Positions 17,118-27,937 of a DNA stretch of 64,000 nt are shown piece by piece. A program made the position numbers and the translations under genes. Below the pieces are notes generated by a model. That model was not told the DNA's origin. It did not search any database and saw only the letters and a program-made list of their open reading frames with translations. Each line of letters begins with the position of its first letter. Position 1 is the first letter of the stretch. This stretch comes from a virus: positions 1 through 64,000 of the IMG/VR virus record IMGVR_UViG_3300037541_000696; one strand, 5' to 3'.

Positions 17118-20100
17118 GTGGCAGATCTTCAGGTAACGCTTGCCTTTTTGCTTGAAAACCAAGCAGAAGTTGCGCGTGAACTTGAAAGGACTGGTGGGAT
17201 CGCTGGGGCGGATTTTGGGAAGGGGCTGTCAGCAGGAGCAAAAAAATCTTTAGATGATTTAATTGATCAAGCCACAAAAGCGGCCAAGCAGGTTGGACTT
17301 GTTTTTAATAAGCAAAAATTTCAATTTGAAACTATTCGCGGTGAGATTGTTCCGCCTGAAGCGCTTAAAAATCTTGCTCAGGTAAGCAAAGAATTTAAGA
17401 CGGCACAAAATGCTGTACAAGCTTTTAAGGCAGCATTGTCACAAGCATCTAGGCAATCTGTTCAAGACTTTAGCCTTATTGAGGCCGCAATAACAGGCGT
17501 TGCCATATCACTCAGCAATCGACTAACCGACGCATCTCTGTCGGCACTAGGTTCAATTCGCGGTCTTATCGGAGGTTTTATAGAGCTAGATAGCGAGCTG
17601 CGCCTAGCATCTGCGGCCGCAGGCGAACAAGGTGGTTATCAACGATTATCAACGGTTGTAAGCAAGGTCGGCATCGAAGCAGCAGGCACCACAAAAGAAG
17701 TCGCACAGCTTACTACATCACTTGTGCAGGCTGGATTTAGTGTCAAAGAAGTTGAAGCAGCGCTGCCCGGAATTGTTCGCGGCGCTGAGGCAACTGGAAC
17801 AGGATTCCAAGAATTTGGAAGGATTATTGCTGATACTTTAAGATCATTTGGGCTAGAAGCTTCTGAAACAGGGCGTGTTGTTGATGTGATGGCAAAAACT
17901 GTGAATAGCAGTAGTGCCCAAATGGAAGACTTAAGTTATACACTTAAGTCTTCTGCCTTAACTGCTAAGGCTGTTGGCATCTCCATGGAAGAGTTGGCCG
18001 CTGCGACTGGCTTGCTGGCTAATGTAGGTATTCGCAGTAGTGTTGCTGGTACAGGGTTGCGCACAATGATTGAGCGACTGGGAAGGGCATCCGGTGGCGC
18101 ATCTCAAGATGTTTTAGATCTGGCATGGGGGCAAGAGCGCCTTGCCAAGGCCATGGTAAAGGTTGGCGCCAGTGTAATTGATGCAAACGGAAATATGCTG
18201 CCTTTAGAGGATCAGTTAATTAAGCTCAAAGATGGGTTTAATGATTTTAGTCAAGCAGACCAAATTCAGCTTTCTAATATCTTATTTGGCGATGAAGCCG
18301 GTAATAAATTTCTGTCAATTATCAATCAAAGCACATCATCTATTCGAGATATGTTTGCTGAGATTAGAGACAGCAAAGGATCAACGGATGAGGCACGAAA
18401 AGAAATGGCTGGCTTCGGGCTTGAATTAAAGCAACTTGAAGGAACTCTTGGTAGTATTGGAAATGATATTGGCCAGGTTGTTGTTGCTGTATTGCGTCCA
18501 TTGCTGGGCATCGCAAATCAACTTGCCGGCACTGTATCGGGATTGCCGACACCAATTAAAGCTACTGCTATTGTGCTAACCGCACTTGGCGCCGCTGGAT
18601 TAGCAGCAAGTATAGGCATTGCGGCAATAGGACTTGCCGTAAAAAATATAGGTGGTTTTTCTGTATTGCGCGATCAGATTGCATTAGTAACTAGCACAAT
18701 TACTGGCCCATTTGCTGCGTCAACTGTTGTTTTTCTTGGTGTTGCCGCTGCTGTTGGGTTGATGACAGGTCAGTTTAGAAATATGGATGCTGTAACAAAA
18801 CAAGTTGTCATAACAATGATTTCATTAAGTGCAGCCATTGGCACTGCAATGGTACTTGCAAATGCACAAGTAATTGCCTCTTCGATTGCTGGATGGTCTG
18901 CTGTATTACTGCCAGTAGTTACATCATATAGGTCGTTGATTGCATTAACAAAAGGATTAACAATATCTCAAATTGCGTTAAATGTTGTCCAGGCTCCATT
19001 GGCTGGAATTGCGGCTGTAATCGCTGGTATTACAAATGCCTATGCTGCACTAAGAAGAGGCATAGGACTTGTGGCGGCAGCAACCGCTTTTTTGCAGTCG
19101 CTAACATCTCCAGGAATGGGCGCCGCCAAGGTTGCCGCCGCTGCAATAGTTGGTGTTGCGGCCTATGGTGCGCTTAATCTTATGATTAAAGAGGCATCTA
19201 AGGAGACGTCTCAACTATCAGAAGAGCAGCGAGCTTTGCAAAGCGAAATAGAAGAAACACGTAAGCTAATTAGTGAGCAAAGAGAAATGGGATTAAATAC
19301 AGGATATGCGCAAAAAAGACTTGCTCAACTTGAGGTGAAAAAATCAGCTATTGCAGAACCGCTTGAATTTAATCTTGACATCGACCAAGCAGAAAAGAAG
19401 ATTGAATTACTCAAAAAGAAACTAGAAGAATCAAAAGATGACACAACAAAAATAGCATCTGAAGCGCAAATTGAAGCGACTAGCCAATGGAAGCGATTTT
19501 TAGAGATATTGAAAAATAACGAAGATTTGAGCAAGCTTCCTGCGCCATTAAGAGAATATGCCGAAAAACTTAAGAAAGCAAACGATGATATACAAAAATT
19601 ACAAGAAAAAAGGCTAACTATTCCGATTGATGCGACTGCAGACAATGCGGAGATAAATAGGCGCGTAAGTGAACTTCAAGAATACATTAACGATTTGACT
19701 GTTAATGTACGCATTTCAATTGAAAAATCAACAATACAAGATCAATTAAAGCGCGTTCAGCAAGAATTAAACAAAATGCCAAGCGGTGAAAACAAGGAAA
19801 AAACAAAGCTTGAAAAAGAGCGTGACCGTTTAAATGTAATGCTTAGCAAAAACAAGAATGAAGAAATTGATCGCGGCCAAAAAACAGTAGCTGTTGCAAA
19901 AGAAATAACAGCAACAAATGAAGCAAGAATTGCTTTAATTAAAACACAACAGGCAGAAGAAGAATCTTTATTGGCGCAACAGCAGATCACTGGAAAGATC
20001 ACTGAGTCGCAGCTAAGTAGAGAAACGTCAATGATTAGACTAAAAGCGATTGAATTAGAAAAAGAAATTAAACTTAAGCAGCTTAGTGCGTCAATTCAAG

Positions 20101-21659
20101 ATGGCGGCAGAGAAAGTCCTTCCGCTATAACGCTACGAAAAGAAGTGGCGGATCTTAATGCTGAAAAAGCGCGAATACGAACAGATATGATCAAACAAGA
20201 CCGAGAATCTACGATTGCGAGAGAAACAGCCGCAATTCAATTGCAAAAATCTAGCTATCAGTCGCTAATGAGTCAGCGGCTGGCTGATGGAGAAATAAGT
20301 AAAGAAGCTTATGATAATGAATTAAGATACCTTGAAAAGATTACGCTAGAAAGAGAACGTGCGTCAAAAGTTTATCAACTTAATAATCCTGGCCTGTCTG
20401 CGCAAGATGATTTAGGCATTAGGCGCGAGATTGCTGATATTGATAAGTCATTAGCCGAAAACAAACTTGCCACGGCCGAGGCCTCAAGAGCAAAGCTTGA
20501 GAAGGAGCTTGATTTGCATTCAAGAATTTTAGATCTTTCTTCGCAAAATGCACAGACCGTAACAGATACAGCAAAAAATGGTTATGCGCTGCAGTTGCAA
20601 TACCTAGAAGCAATTATGGAGAATTCAAGAGCACGGCAAGAGCTGTCAAGATCAGAATTCGATGTAGCGCTTGCATTTCAAAATCGCGCTATCGCAGGCG
20701 CCGAGGCTCAACTTGCGGGCATGAGAGAATCATTAAGCAGCAAGCCTGAGGGAAGGGTATCAAAGAAAAAAGAAGAAGAAGCAAGGCTGCTAAAACTTGA
20801 TGCAATCGCCAGGAAAGAAGCAGAAATTGCTGGGATGAAAGAAAGGGCGTCTCAATTAGCTATACAAGCAAAAAGGGCTGAACTTGAAGGTCTTAATGAA
20901 CAAGAGCGCATGGAATGGTTGTCATTGGATCTCAAGCAACGCATGGCAGTGATTGATCAAGAAGCGAGATACGCTCAATCCAGGTTTCTTAATTATCAAC
21001 AAGCACTAGAATGGAGAAGATCTATGGCCAAGGCACGCGAGCCAGGCCTATCAGAAGAAGAAAGAAAGCAATATGAAGAAATCGCAAAAATACAAGGAGA
21101 TGCTCTTAACTTAAGCAAAAAAGACGTTGATTTTCAATATGAAAAACTAGGGTTGATTAAAGAAATGAACAAAGTTGAACGTGACACTTTAGCGATGAAT
21201 CAAAAATCAAGGAGAAATAAGGTCTATTCTGAACTCATATCACTTGGCGGTGCTCGTTTTGCTGGTGGTGATGTAATTCCAAGCAAAGATTATGTTATCA
21301 ACGAGATTGGAAGAGAGAGCTTCTTGTCTGATTCTGGACAGCTTTCATGGATCAATCGCCCAGCCAATGCGCTGTGGCGGCCCCCTTCTCGGGGCATGGT
21401 TCTCCCGGCAGACGTATCGGCTCAGCTAGCAGGCGCTGGTCTTCTGCCAGGAGGTCGCTCAGGTACACCTGGAGGGCGCATTGAGCGCGTAGTTGAGGCG
21501 GCTGGCATGGCTGGCGGTGCAATGGCGTTGATTGCCGGCCATTCTGTCGCAATAGGAAAACTACAGAAGAGTATTGACCGGCTAGTTGCTAAGGATTGGA
21601 ATGTTACTGTGCCAGTAGCAAGCAGTGCTAGATTACTGAAAACTGTTAGTGCATTCTAA
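17118..21659 (+). CDS. Tail tape measure protein (TP901 family)
   Basis: 1513 aa; LANVGIRSSVAGTGLRT core, hydrophobic middle, coiled coil, C-terminal FAGG..VINEIGRE. Confidence 0.95.
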   Translation: MADLQVTLAFLLENQAEVARELERTGGIAGADFGKGLSAGAKKSLDDLIDQATKAAKQVGLVFNKQKFQFETIRGEIVPPEALKNLAQVSKEFKTAQNAVQAFKAALSQASRQSVQDFSLIEAAITGVAISLSNRLTDASLSALGSIRGLIGGFIELDSELRLASAAAGEQGGYQRLSTVVSKVGIEAAGTTKEVAQLTTSLVQAGFSVKEVEAALPGIVRGAEATGTGFQEFGRIIADTLRSFGLEASETGRVVDVMAKTVNSSSAQMEDLSYTLKSSALTAKAVGISMEELAAATGLLANVGIRSSVAGTGLRTMIERLGRASGGASQDVLDLAWGQERLAKAMVKVGASVIDANGNMLPLEDQLIKLKDGFNDFSQADQIQLSNILFGDEAGNKFLSIINQSTSSIRDMFAEIRDSKGSTDEARKEMAGFGLELKQLEGTLGSIGNDIGQVVVAVLRPLLGIANQLAGTVSGLPTPIKATAIVLTALGAAGLAASIGIAAIGLAVKNIGGFSVLRDQIALVTSTITGPFAASTVVFLGVAAAVGLMTGQFRNMDAVTKQVVITMISLSAAIGTAMVLANAQVIASSIAGWSAVLLPVVTSYRSLIALTKGLTISQIALNVVQAPLAGIAAVIAGITNAYAALRRGIGLVAAATAFLQSLTSPGMGAAKVAAAAIVGVAAYGALNLMIKEASKETSQLSEEQRALQSEIEETRKLISEQREMGLNTGYAQKRLAQLEVKKSAIAEPLEFNLDIDQAEKKIELLKKKLEESKDDTTKIASEAQIEATSQWKRFLEILKNNEDLSKLPAPLREYAEKLKKANDDIQKLQEKRLTIPIDATADNAEINRRVSELQEYINDLTVNVRISIEKSTIQDQLKRVQQELNKMPSGENKEKTKLEKERDRLNVMLSKNKNEEIDRGQKTVAVAKEITATNEARIALIKTQQAEEESLLAQQQITGKITESQLSRETSMIRLKAIELEKEIKLKQLSASIQDGGRESPSAITLRKEVADLNAEKARIRTDMIKQDRESTIARETAAIQLQKSSYQSLMSQRLADGEISKEAYDNELRYLEKITLERERASKVYQLNNPGLSAQDDLGIRREIADIDKSLAENKLATAEASRAKLEKELDLHSRILDLSSQNAQTVTDTAKNGYALQLQYLEAIMENSRARQELSRSEFDVALAFQNRAIAGAEAQLAGMRESLSSKPEGRVSKKKEEEARLLKLDAIARKEAEIAGMKERASQLAIQAKRAELEGLNEQERMEWLSLDLKQRMAVIDQEARYAQSRFLNYQQALEWRRSMAKAREPGLSEEERKQYEEIAKIQGDALNLSKKDVDFQYEKLGLIKEMNKVERDTLAMNQKSRRNKVYSELISLGGARFAGGDVIPSKDYVINEIGRESFLSDSGQLSWINRPANALWRPPSRGMVLPADVSAQLAGAGLLPGGRSGTPGGRIERVVEAAGMAGGAMALIAGHSVAIGKLQKSIDRLVAKDWNVTVPVASSARLLKTVSAF

Positions 21660-22399
21660 TGGCAATTACAATCTCTTATTCCGGCTCAACAGTTACCATT
21701 CCAGATAGGCTTGTGAAGTCTCCGTTTGGATTTAACGAGGTCAATACAAGGCGTGGAAGAACAGCAGAAATGATCTCAATAGATGGGCTGCTTCTTAGGT
21801 CTGAAGCTGCAGCACTTGTCGCACTATTTAAGTCATATCGTGATGTAAAAATTACAGAAGAAGATCCACAAAAAACAGGTGTTACTGGAGCAACTGTTGC
21901 AATTACTGGATCTGGTGTTGGTTTTTCATGGAACAATAGGGCATGTTGGGTAGACAAGGCTCCATCGGTTGAATATAGGGGCGCATTTGTTAAGGTTACG
22001 GCTGATTTTGTAGATGCAACACAAGCGCTGCAGATCTTGCTAGAGGAGCGTGATGATAGCGATGAAGACGGGATTAACCTTGGCACAATCACCCTTGGAT
22101 CTGCCGTGATTAACCTTTTGTCGTATCCATTGACCTATGAAGAACTACCGCAACCGAGCCGCAATCCTGCTGGCGTGCATGTTTTTACTGGCCAGCTTAC
22201 GCTTCAGGAAGCCAAAGAGGTGGAGGGATGGGTGACCGAAGTAAACAAAAACAATCTTGAATCATGGTTGACAACCGTTACCGCAACAACACCTGCGCCT
22301 AATACGTGGTATCCGGTTTCGTATCAACGTCCAGTAGCCAAGACAAGATTTGGAGCACTGACGTATGATGTAGGTCTTAAAATCATTAAAATACGATAA
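21659..22399 (+). CDS. Distal tail-like protein
   Basis: Directly follows tape measure. Confidence 0.55.
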   Translation: MAITISYSGSTVTIPDRLVKSPFGFNEVNTRRGRTAEMISIDGLLLRSEAAALVALFKSYRDVKITEEDPQKTGVTGATVAITGSGVGFSWNNRACWVDKAPSVEYRGAFVKVTADFVDATQALQILLEERDDSDEDGINLGTITLGSAVINLLSYPLTYEELPQPSRNPAGVHVFTGQLTLQEAKEVEGWVTEVNKNNLESWLTTVTATTPAPNTWYPVSYQRPVAKTRFGALTYDVGLKIIKIR

Positions 22400-25260
22400 T
22401 GGCTGTTGATACTAGGAGTTGGTCGTGGTGCAACCTAGGGAAGTTGTCTCCAGACGCTACAACACTGTCTGAGACGCACCTACAAGGCTCGGGAGGAGGT
22501 GTCATCAAGGTCACCGGCACGATCAACCTATCTGGAATCTATCGCCCGTCAGTGGGCACAGAAGTGTTCCTGGCGGCAAGTGACGGGCAAAGATGGATAT
22601 GCAGAATTCCTCGTAAGTTACGCGTAATTGATAGCTTTGCGGATCCATTGCGCAAGATCACTACCGTATCAGTTGGGTGCAAGTTTGCTTATTTTGAAAA
22701 TAGAAAAGCTCCTGTGCTTTTGCGTTCGGTAACAGAAGAAGAAGCCAACCCATTTGTCACGCAATTGGAGCGTGAACTTAGGACGCAGACAATATCATCA
22801 AAATTTGTAGCAGAAAAGATATTGCAGGAGCTTGGTCTTACAGCAGCAAGCTCCATCCCGTTTACGAGCCATCGCATCATGAGCGAATGGGACCTATCTG
22901 GCGGTTATGTTCAAGAATTAGCAAAGATAGCAGAAGCTGAATGCTATCGCTGCAGGTTAAACGAGTATGAACAGGTAGAATTTATTAACCTACTGAATCA
23001 AGGTGTTAGTGCTGCACCATTGCTCACCGAAAATCAGCTAGTAGATATTTCCCCTCAAACTGTTGGCGATCTACCGGCAGAAGCCGTCTATGCGTCATAT
23101 TCGTATAATGTACTCAGGCCTCAACCTAAAGAAACGGATACGTTAAAGCGTCACTGGGAACGAGATGAAAGCACATCGGTTGAGCAGTATATTCACAACG
23201 GCCCAGATGAAATAGAAAGCGGAACATTTGTTTCGTCTAGGAGAACAGAAACTGAATATGATACAAAAGATAGAGTTAAAAGGAGAGTCGAAACATCGGC
23301 AAACTTAACAGGTACAACAATTGCAATCACTGAATATACCTATGAAGCTCCAGCGCCGCAGCGAAATGAAGACGGCACGCTGCCGCCACCAGATGAATTT
23401 AATGATTATACGGTTGTTCAAAAAGAAGAATACAGGCAAACATCCCCGATTGCCGATATTGCTGGAAGTTGTGGATTTGAAGGTTCGTTAGGTGAATTAC
23501 GAGCGCTTGGCACCTATCTAAGCGCAAAGCGAACAACTGAATATGATAGAGATAAAGTTTCTGGAATTACAAAGCAAGTAACGCGTAATTGGGTGCCTTT
23601 TGGTAGCACACCATTTGGATCAGATGCCGTGCAAAAAAGTGCATTTGATATGTCAGTAGGTGATTTAATTGCTAGCGCAAGCGCATTGGTTGAATATGGA
23701 AGTGAAGTTAGCATAAGAACAGAGCGTGAATATGGATTACGCAAAAGGCCAAGTCAGCAGGAGCGTAATTTATCATCTGATCGGCTGTATCCAAATTTTG
23801 CCCAAAGAAGTGATTTTGCGTGGACAACTGGATCGGCAACATCACAAACAAGCATTGAGCTTTCGCCTCCATTTGTGTCTGATGATCGAATGGAAAAAAG
23901 CACCGTCAATGGTGTAGTGACGTGGACATATCAACCGTCAGACGCCTATAGGCAAGCATTGAATTATGCACGCACAGAAAACAAGCTACTTTTAGGGAAT
24001 CGCTCTGGCGCTGGCATTCAGATCAGGTTAATTGATGCCCCAGCAAGGCCTTTTGATTTGTTTTATCTTCGCATGAATAATTGCACAGCGGCATATAGGT
24101 CAAATGGCATGACGTGGACTATAAAAGGGGATGGAATCATTGTATCAGTCGATGCTTTATTTATGGGCGCAATAGATGGCAATATCAATGACGCATGGTT
24201 TCCTCTTCCTAGTGGAATCACATCACTTCCAAGCCTATACGCCATTGCAACAAATTCTAACCCATTGCCATCAAACGCAATAAACATACCATCAAATTTT
24301 GATCCAACAAATGTTGATCTAACTGCGCTATTTGCATCACTCCCGAGTGGTCAGGCGCCAGTTCCTGCAGCCACGTTGAATCCGTCTGCGATAGTATTGC
24401 CGTATCAAGAAACATTGCCAATACATGCTGGGATTCAAGTGGGACTTAGTGTTGAAATTGTTGAACCAGACCTGCCGGCTCAATCATTGGTGGCCGGAGT
24501 AGACGTTGCTGCGTTGATCACTGCGATGCCAGCACAGGTTAGCTTGATTGCAGGAGTCGAAGTTGGATTGTCTTATACTGAAGAATCTACTGCAAGTGAT
24601 GTTGTATTTCAGCTTCAAATGTCTGGCTCAAATGGAAGCACTACATTTACAGATTTAAGCCCTAATGCAATAGCTGTAACAACAGGCGGAGGAGCGCAAG
24701 TCAATGGTAACGAACTTTTGTTAGATGGAGATGATGATTATTTGTATGCCGAAAACTCGGCTCTTGTGTTGACATCCGATCAGCCGTGGACAGTCGAGAT
24801 GTTTGTAACTCCGCTAGATATTCCTTTTTATTCTTTCATTGGTATAATGACATTTTTCAATGATTCGCAAGTTGATCAAAACGGATCGCCTATTATTCAA
24901 TCAGGAATCACCCTTGGCATTATGGCAGGGTACTGGGCGTTTGGTGATGCAAATATGACTACAGATTTTGAGCTAGAAGCACAAGTAAATACAAAAGTTC
25001 ATGTTGCAATTGTGGCATCAGGTGATGGCACCTTTAGGCTTGCAATTGCGGGAACATTTATTGCGACTAGAACTTTCTATGGCGTATATCAAGAAGGAGC
25101 CAACAAGCTTTATATTGGCAAAATTGAAGATCCAAATATAAATGCAGGCACTCCATATGATCTTGATTTTAATGGTAAGATAGGACCGTTCCGAATCACA
25201 TCCGCAGAACTTTATACTGGAGCAACATTTACACCACCCACATCATTCCCTAATCCATAA
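22399..25260 (+). CDS. Tail tip/hub protein with C-terminal LamG/ConA-like domain
   Basis: LLLDGDDDYL..WTVEMFV..HVAIV..FNGKIGPFRIT LamG pattern. Confidence 0.7.
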   Translation: MAVDTRSWSWCNLGKLSPDATTLSETHLQGSGGGVIKVTGTINLSGIYRPSVGTEVFLAASDGQRWICRIPRKLRVIDSFADPLRKITTVSVGCKFAYFENRKAPVLLRSVTEEEANPFVTQLERELRTQTISSKFVAEKILQELGLTAASSIPFTSHRIMSEWDLSGGYVQELAKIAEAECYRCRLNEYEQVEFINLLNQGVSAAPLLTENQLVDISPQTVGDLPAEAVYASYSYNVLRPQPKETDTLKRHWERDESTSVEQYIHNGPDEIESGTFVSSRRTETEYDTKDRVKRRVETSANLTGTTIAITEYTYEAPAPQRNEDGTLPPPDEFNDYTVVQKEEYRQTSPIADIAGSCGFEGSLGELRALGTYLSAKRTTEYDRDKVSGITKQVTRNWVPFGSTPFGSDAVQKSAFDMSVGDLIASASALVEYGSEVSIRTEREYGLRKRPSQQERNLSSDRLYPNFAQRSDFAWTTGSATSQTSIELSPPFVSDDRMEKSTVNGVVTWTYQPSDAYRQALNYARTENKLLLGNRSGAGIQIRLIDAPARPFDLFYLRMNNCTAAYRSNGMTWTIKGDGIIVSVDALFMGAIDGNINDAWFPLPSGITSLPSLYAIATNSNPLPSNAINIPSNFDPTNVDLTALFASLPSGQAPVPAATLNPSAIVLPYQETLPIHAGIQVGLSVEIVEPDLPAQSLVAGVDVAALITAMPAQVSLIAGVEVGLSYTEESTASDVVFQLQMSGSNGSTTFTDLSPNAIAVTTGGGAQVNGNELLLDGDDDYLYAENSALVLTSDQPWTVEMFVTPLDIPFYSFIGIMTFFNDSQVDQNGSPIIQSGITLGIMAGYWAFGDANMTTDFELEAQVNTKVHVAIVASGDGTFRLAIAGTFIATRTFYGVYQEGANKLYIGKIEDPNINAGTPYDLDFNGKIGPFRITSAELYTGATFTPPTSFPNP

Positions 25261-25270
25261 CGGGAAAACT
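25261..25270 (+). promoter_or_regulatory. Late promoter box CGGGAAAACT
   Basis: 29 nt before ATG 25290. Confidence 0.75.
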
Positions 25271-25289
25271 ATCACAACTCATTAGTCCT

Positions 25290-25733
25290 ATGGCGTCAGT
25301 TTTTCAGGTCAGTACAAGCGAACTTCTTAGGGTGCATTCTTCATCCTACGAGGGCAAGGTGGTCAGGTTTTGCCTTGCTTTTAACTCTGTATTAACAGTT
25401 GAATCAACTACTGCGCAATGGGATGCGGTTGAGCTAGCTAGCACCAATGGTTATGCGCGATCTGTTATTACAATTCCTTCCGCGAGTTATGATGGTACAA
25501 TTGGAATGGCTAAAACTGCAGAATTAACGGCTACATTTACTGCGTCTGGTGCTGGATTTACCTTTAATCGCGTGTATGGCGTCATTGGAACTGTGTCCGG
25601 TGGTGTTACAACATGGAACACAAATATCAGTTATTTATGGGCTGAAACTGAATCTATTGGATTGTCACCTGGCGTTTCAAGGCCATATAAGGTAGTATTT
25701 TTGTCAGATAACAAAACATCTAGCCCATTGTGA
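25290..25733 (+). CDS. Minor tail protein
   Basis: ELASTNGYAR..TFTASG pattern seen in tail proteins. Confidence 0.6.
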   Translation: MASVFQVSTSELLRVHSSSYEGKVVRFCLAFNSVLTVESTTAQWDAVELASTNGYARSVITIPSASYDGTIGMAKTAELTATFTASGAGFTFNRVYGVIGTVSGGVTTWNTNISYLWAETESIGLSPGVSRPYKVVFLSDNKTSSPL

Positions 25734-26905
25734 CGACACGCATTTCTGTTGATTTGCCGGCTGACTTGCTAGAAGCAGCTAATTTGAATCAATATAGAAA
25801 TAGGACTAGATTAGCAACAAGAGAAAATGGAAGCAAATTTAAGCAAGATGCGTTAAAACAGGTTGAGTTGCTGCCGGCAAAAGACAAGAAAGATTTGTAC
25901 AAAGGTGCTGTTCCTGAATACAGGCAAAGCATTGCATTATCAAAGACAAGTAACATTGATTTTGGATGGCTTATTGTTGAAGAATCTTGCAAAAACCTTA
26001 CATATTCAAATACTGTTGACGCGTGTCAACAGACAAGATTTAATGGAAGAAACATTGATTACGATTATTCGTTTGCTGCTGGAACACGAGTATCAAGCGG
26101 CTCAAGATATTTCAAAGACTCGCAAATATCATACATGCGAGGGGTTGACTATTCTCATGAAGGCACAAGCGGGCCGGGTTTTCCTTTGCCACCGCCCATT
26201 CCAGACTCGGAAAAAATTAAACTTAACAGGGCCAATTTTAGTGGACTTGGAGTATCAACTTCAACAGCTTTGAATAATATAGATAGAGCAAGATTTGTTG
26301 AATTTACAATTTCTAAACAACTGAAAAACATCAAAAGCAATATCTTTACCGGATTTGTTAATTGCCCTGGAGGCATAGTGATAGATACGTCTAATAGCTT
26401 TCAAGATTTTGATCATTATATGCTAAACCTATATTTTTCTATTGCCAAGACCAACGGAGCAGGTTTTTTGTATGTCGTATGGAAAACAACTGGCAACGAA
26501 AGTTCTGGAAACGGATTTGACAATGGGCTGAGAATTTTAGAAAGAGATGGTGTGAGCTTAAATGGATATGGAAGAAGACTTGCTGTAACTTGGTGGACCA
26601 AGAATGGCGAATTTGCTGGTGGAATGCCTTTTGTTGGAGCAACAAGAAAACAATCGTATCAAGACTATCGAGTATTCTCAGAGGAATTGTTGCCAGAAAA
26701 TCTTCGTGGATTCATGACTGCAATTTTTGAAATAAACCCAAATATCGTCAGCAACCCATATCAACTTATTCCAAAATTGACTTTTTTTGCAAAGCCAGAA
26801 GCGCAGTTGAATTCTAACAGTCCATACGGATCAGAGACTGCTACAATATCACTTAATGAAAAGTTTTTAATTGCTATTTCAGGAAGAAATTATGCAGCAA
26901 CCTAA
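25730..26905 (+). CDS. Putative tail/virion protein
   Basis: Coupled ORF in tail module. Confidence 0.55.
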   Translation: MTTRISVDLPADLLEAANLNQYRNRTRLATRENGSKFKQDALKQVELLPAKDKKDLYKGAVPEYRQSIALSKTSNIDFGWLIVEESCKNLTYSNTVDACQQTRFNGRNIDYDYSFAAGTRVSSGSRYFKDSQISYMRGVDYSHEGTSGPGFPLPPPIPDSEKIKLNRANFSGLGVSTSTALNNIDRARFVEFTISKQLKNIKSNIFTGFVNCPGGIVIDTSNSFQDFDHYMLNLYFSIAKTNGAGFLYVVWKTTGNESSGNGFDNGLRILERDGVSLNGYGRRLAVTWWTKNGEFAGGMPFVGATRKQSYQDYRVFSEELLPENLRGFMTAIFEINPNIVSNPYQLIPKLTFFAKPEAQLNSNSPYGSETATISLNEKFLIAISGRNYAAT

Positions 26906-27032
26906 TCAATCGCAATCTGAAGAATCAGCAGAAATTTCTTCTTTGCTTGCATTAAGCAATCGCGCAAAGTTGCAAGCTCGCGAACGAGACAATAGAACAC
27001 TTGCGGAAGTAATGAGGCAAGCTAAGGAATAG
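26892..27032 (+). CDS. 46-aa helical peptide (not in ORF track)
   Basis: MQQPNQ...LLALSNRAKLQARERDNRTLAEVMRQAKE fills the gap before the next late box. Confidence 0.45.
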   Translation: MQQPNQSQSEESAEISSLLALSNRAKLQARERDNRTLAEVMRQAKE

Positions 27033-27036
27033 TAAT

Positions 27037-27046
27037 CGGGAAAACT
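27037..27046 (+). promoter_or_regulatory. Late promoter box CGGGAAAACT
   Basis: 55 nt before scaffold ATG; leader carries a hairpin. Confidence 0.75.
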
Positions 27047-27057
27047 TAACCTGCAAC

Positions 27058-27088
27058 TTATGCCGGCTGAGCGATTCACCGGTCATAA
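27058..27088 (+). promoter_or_regulatory. GCGAU-loop leader hairpin (scaffold)
   Basis: TTATG-CCGG-c-TGA[GCGAT]TCA-CCGG-t-CATAA, ends 3 nt before ATG. Confidence 0.7.
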
Positions 27089-27091
27089 TCC

Positions 27092-27916
27092 ATGAAAAAA
27101 ATCTGGCTCAACAAGCTCCCCTTTGCCAGTGATTTCCCAATCCCCACCGTTGATGATGCGCCTGAAGGTGATCAAGTCGGAGGGGGTTCCGCTGATGACT
27201 CTATCGGCGAATTAGACCATTCTGATGATGATAGCGAGCCCCTTGGAGAAGAGGGCAGGAAAGCGCTGACAAGAGAACGGCAGGCTCGAAAAGAGCGTGA
27301 GCGCGAATTGTCACAATTGAGGGAGCAGCTCAAGGCTGTTGCTGAAATCAACCCGGATTTGTATAAAAAAACACTTGAGCGAGCGGAAGAACTTAAGCGC
27401 ACGCTTGAGGAAAAGGAGCGTGAGACCACTGAGGCGACAAGGCGCATTCGCGAAAAAGCTGACTCCGAGGTTCGAGCGGCAAGGCAGGCCGCTGATGCCG
27501 CTGAGCGGGCGCGAATTGATCTGCTGACCAAGACTGCAGGGCAGCAGATTTTTAGGTTGAATAAGGGGCTGGATGAAGTTGATGAAGTGCTCGGTCAAAC
27601 ATCATTCGATGCGTGGTGGAGACTTCATGGAAGCCAACACCTTAAATGGGACAACAAATTGAATAACGTTGTTGTTGTTGACAAGGATGGGGATCCGATC
27701 ACTGAAGATGGCAAGCCGGTTGATCCTGTCAAGTGGCTAGACGAAGTTGCCGATAAGTCACCAATGGTGGCTCAATACTTCAGATCAAAATCTGGTGAGG
27801 GATCTGGTGGTCTTCAGGGTGCACGAAATGTGCGCACTGTGACAAGTAGAAACAAACAAGATCTAGCAAAACTTAGTCCCGACAAGCTGCTTGAGGAGCA
27901 TTACAGCAACAAATAA
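27092..27916 (+). CDS. Capsid scaffolding protein
   Basis: Acidic N-terminus, LGEEGRKALTRERQARK coiled coil, GSGG C-terminus; precedes capsid gene. Confidence 0.85.
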   Translation: MKKIWLNKLPFASDFPIPTVDDAPEGDQVGGGSADDSIGELDHSDDDSEPLGEEGRKALTRERQARKERERELSQLREQLKAVAEINPDLYKKTLERAEELKRTLEEKERETTEATRRIREKADSEVRAARQAADAAERARIDLLTKTAGQQIFRLNKGLDEVDEVLGQTSFDAWWRLHGSQHLKWDNKLNNVVVVDKDGDPITEDGKPVDPVKWLDEVADKSPMVAQYFRSKSGEGSGGLQGARNVRTVTSRNKQDLAKLSPDKLLEEHYSNK

Positions 27917-27927
27917 GAATTGTTGAC

Positions 27928-27937
27928 CGGGAAAACT
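27928..27937 (+). promoter_or_regulatory. Late promoter box CGGGAAAACT
   Basis: 149 nt before capsid ATG; leader carries three hairpins. Confidence 0.75.

Noticed and set aside
21553-21562. TAGGAAAACT near the end of the tape measure gene as a 13th late box
   Set aside because: Two mismatches, 106 nt from the next start, inside coding sequence.
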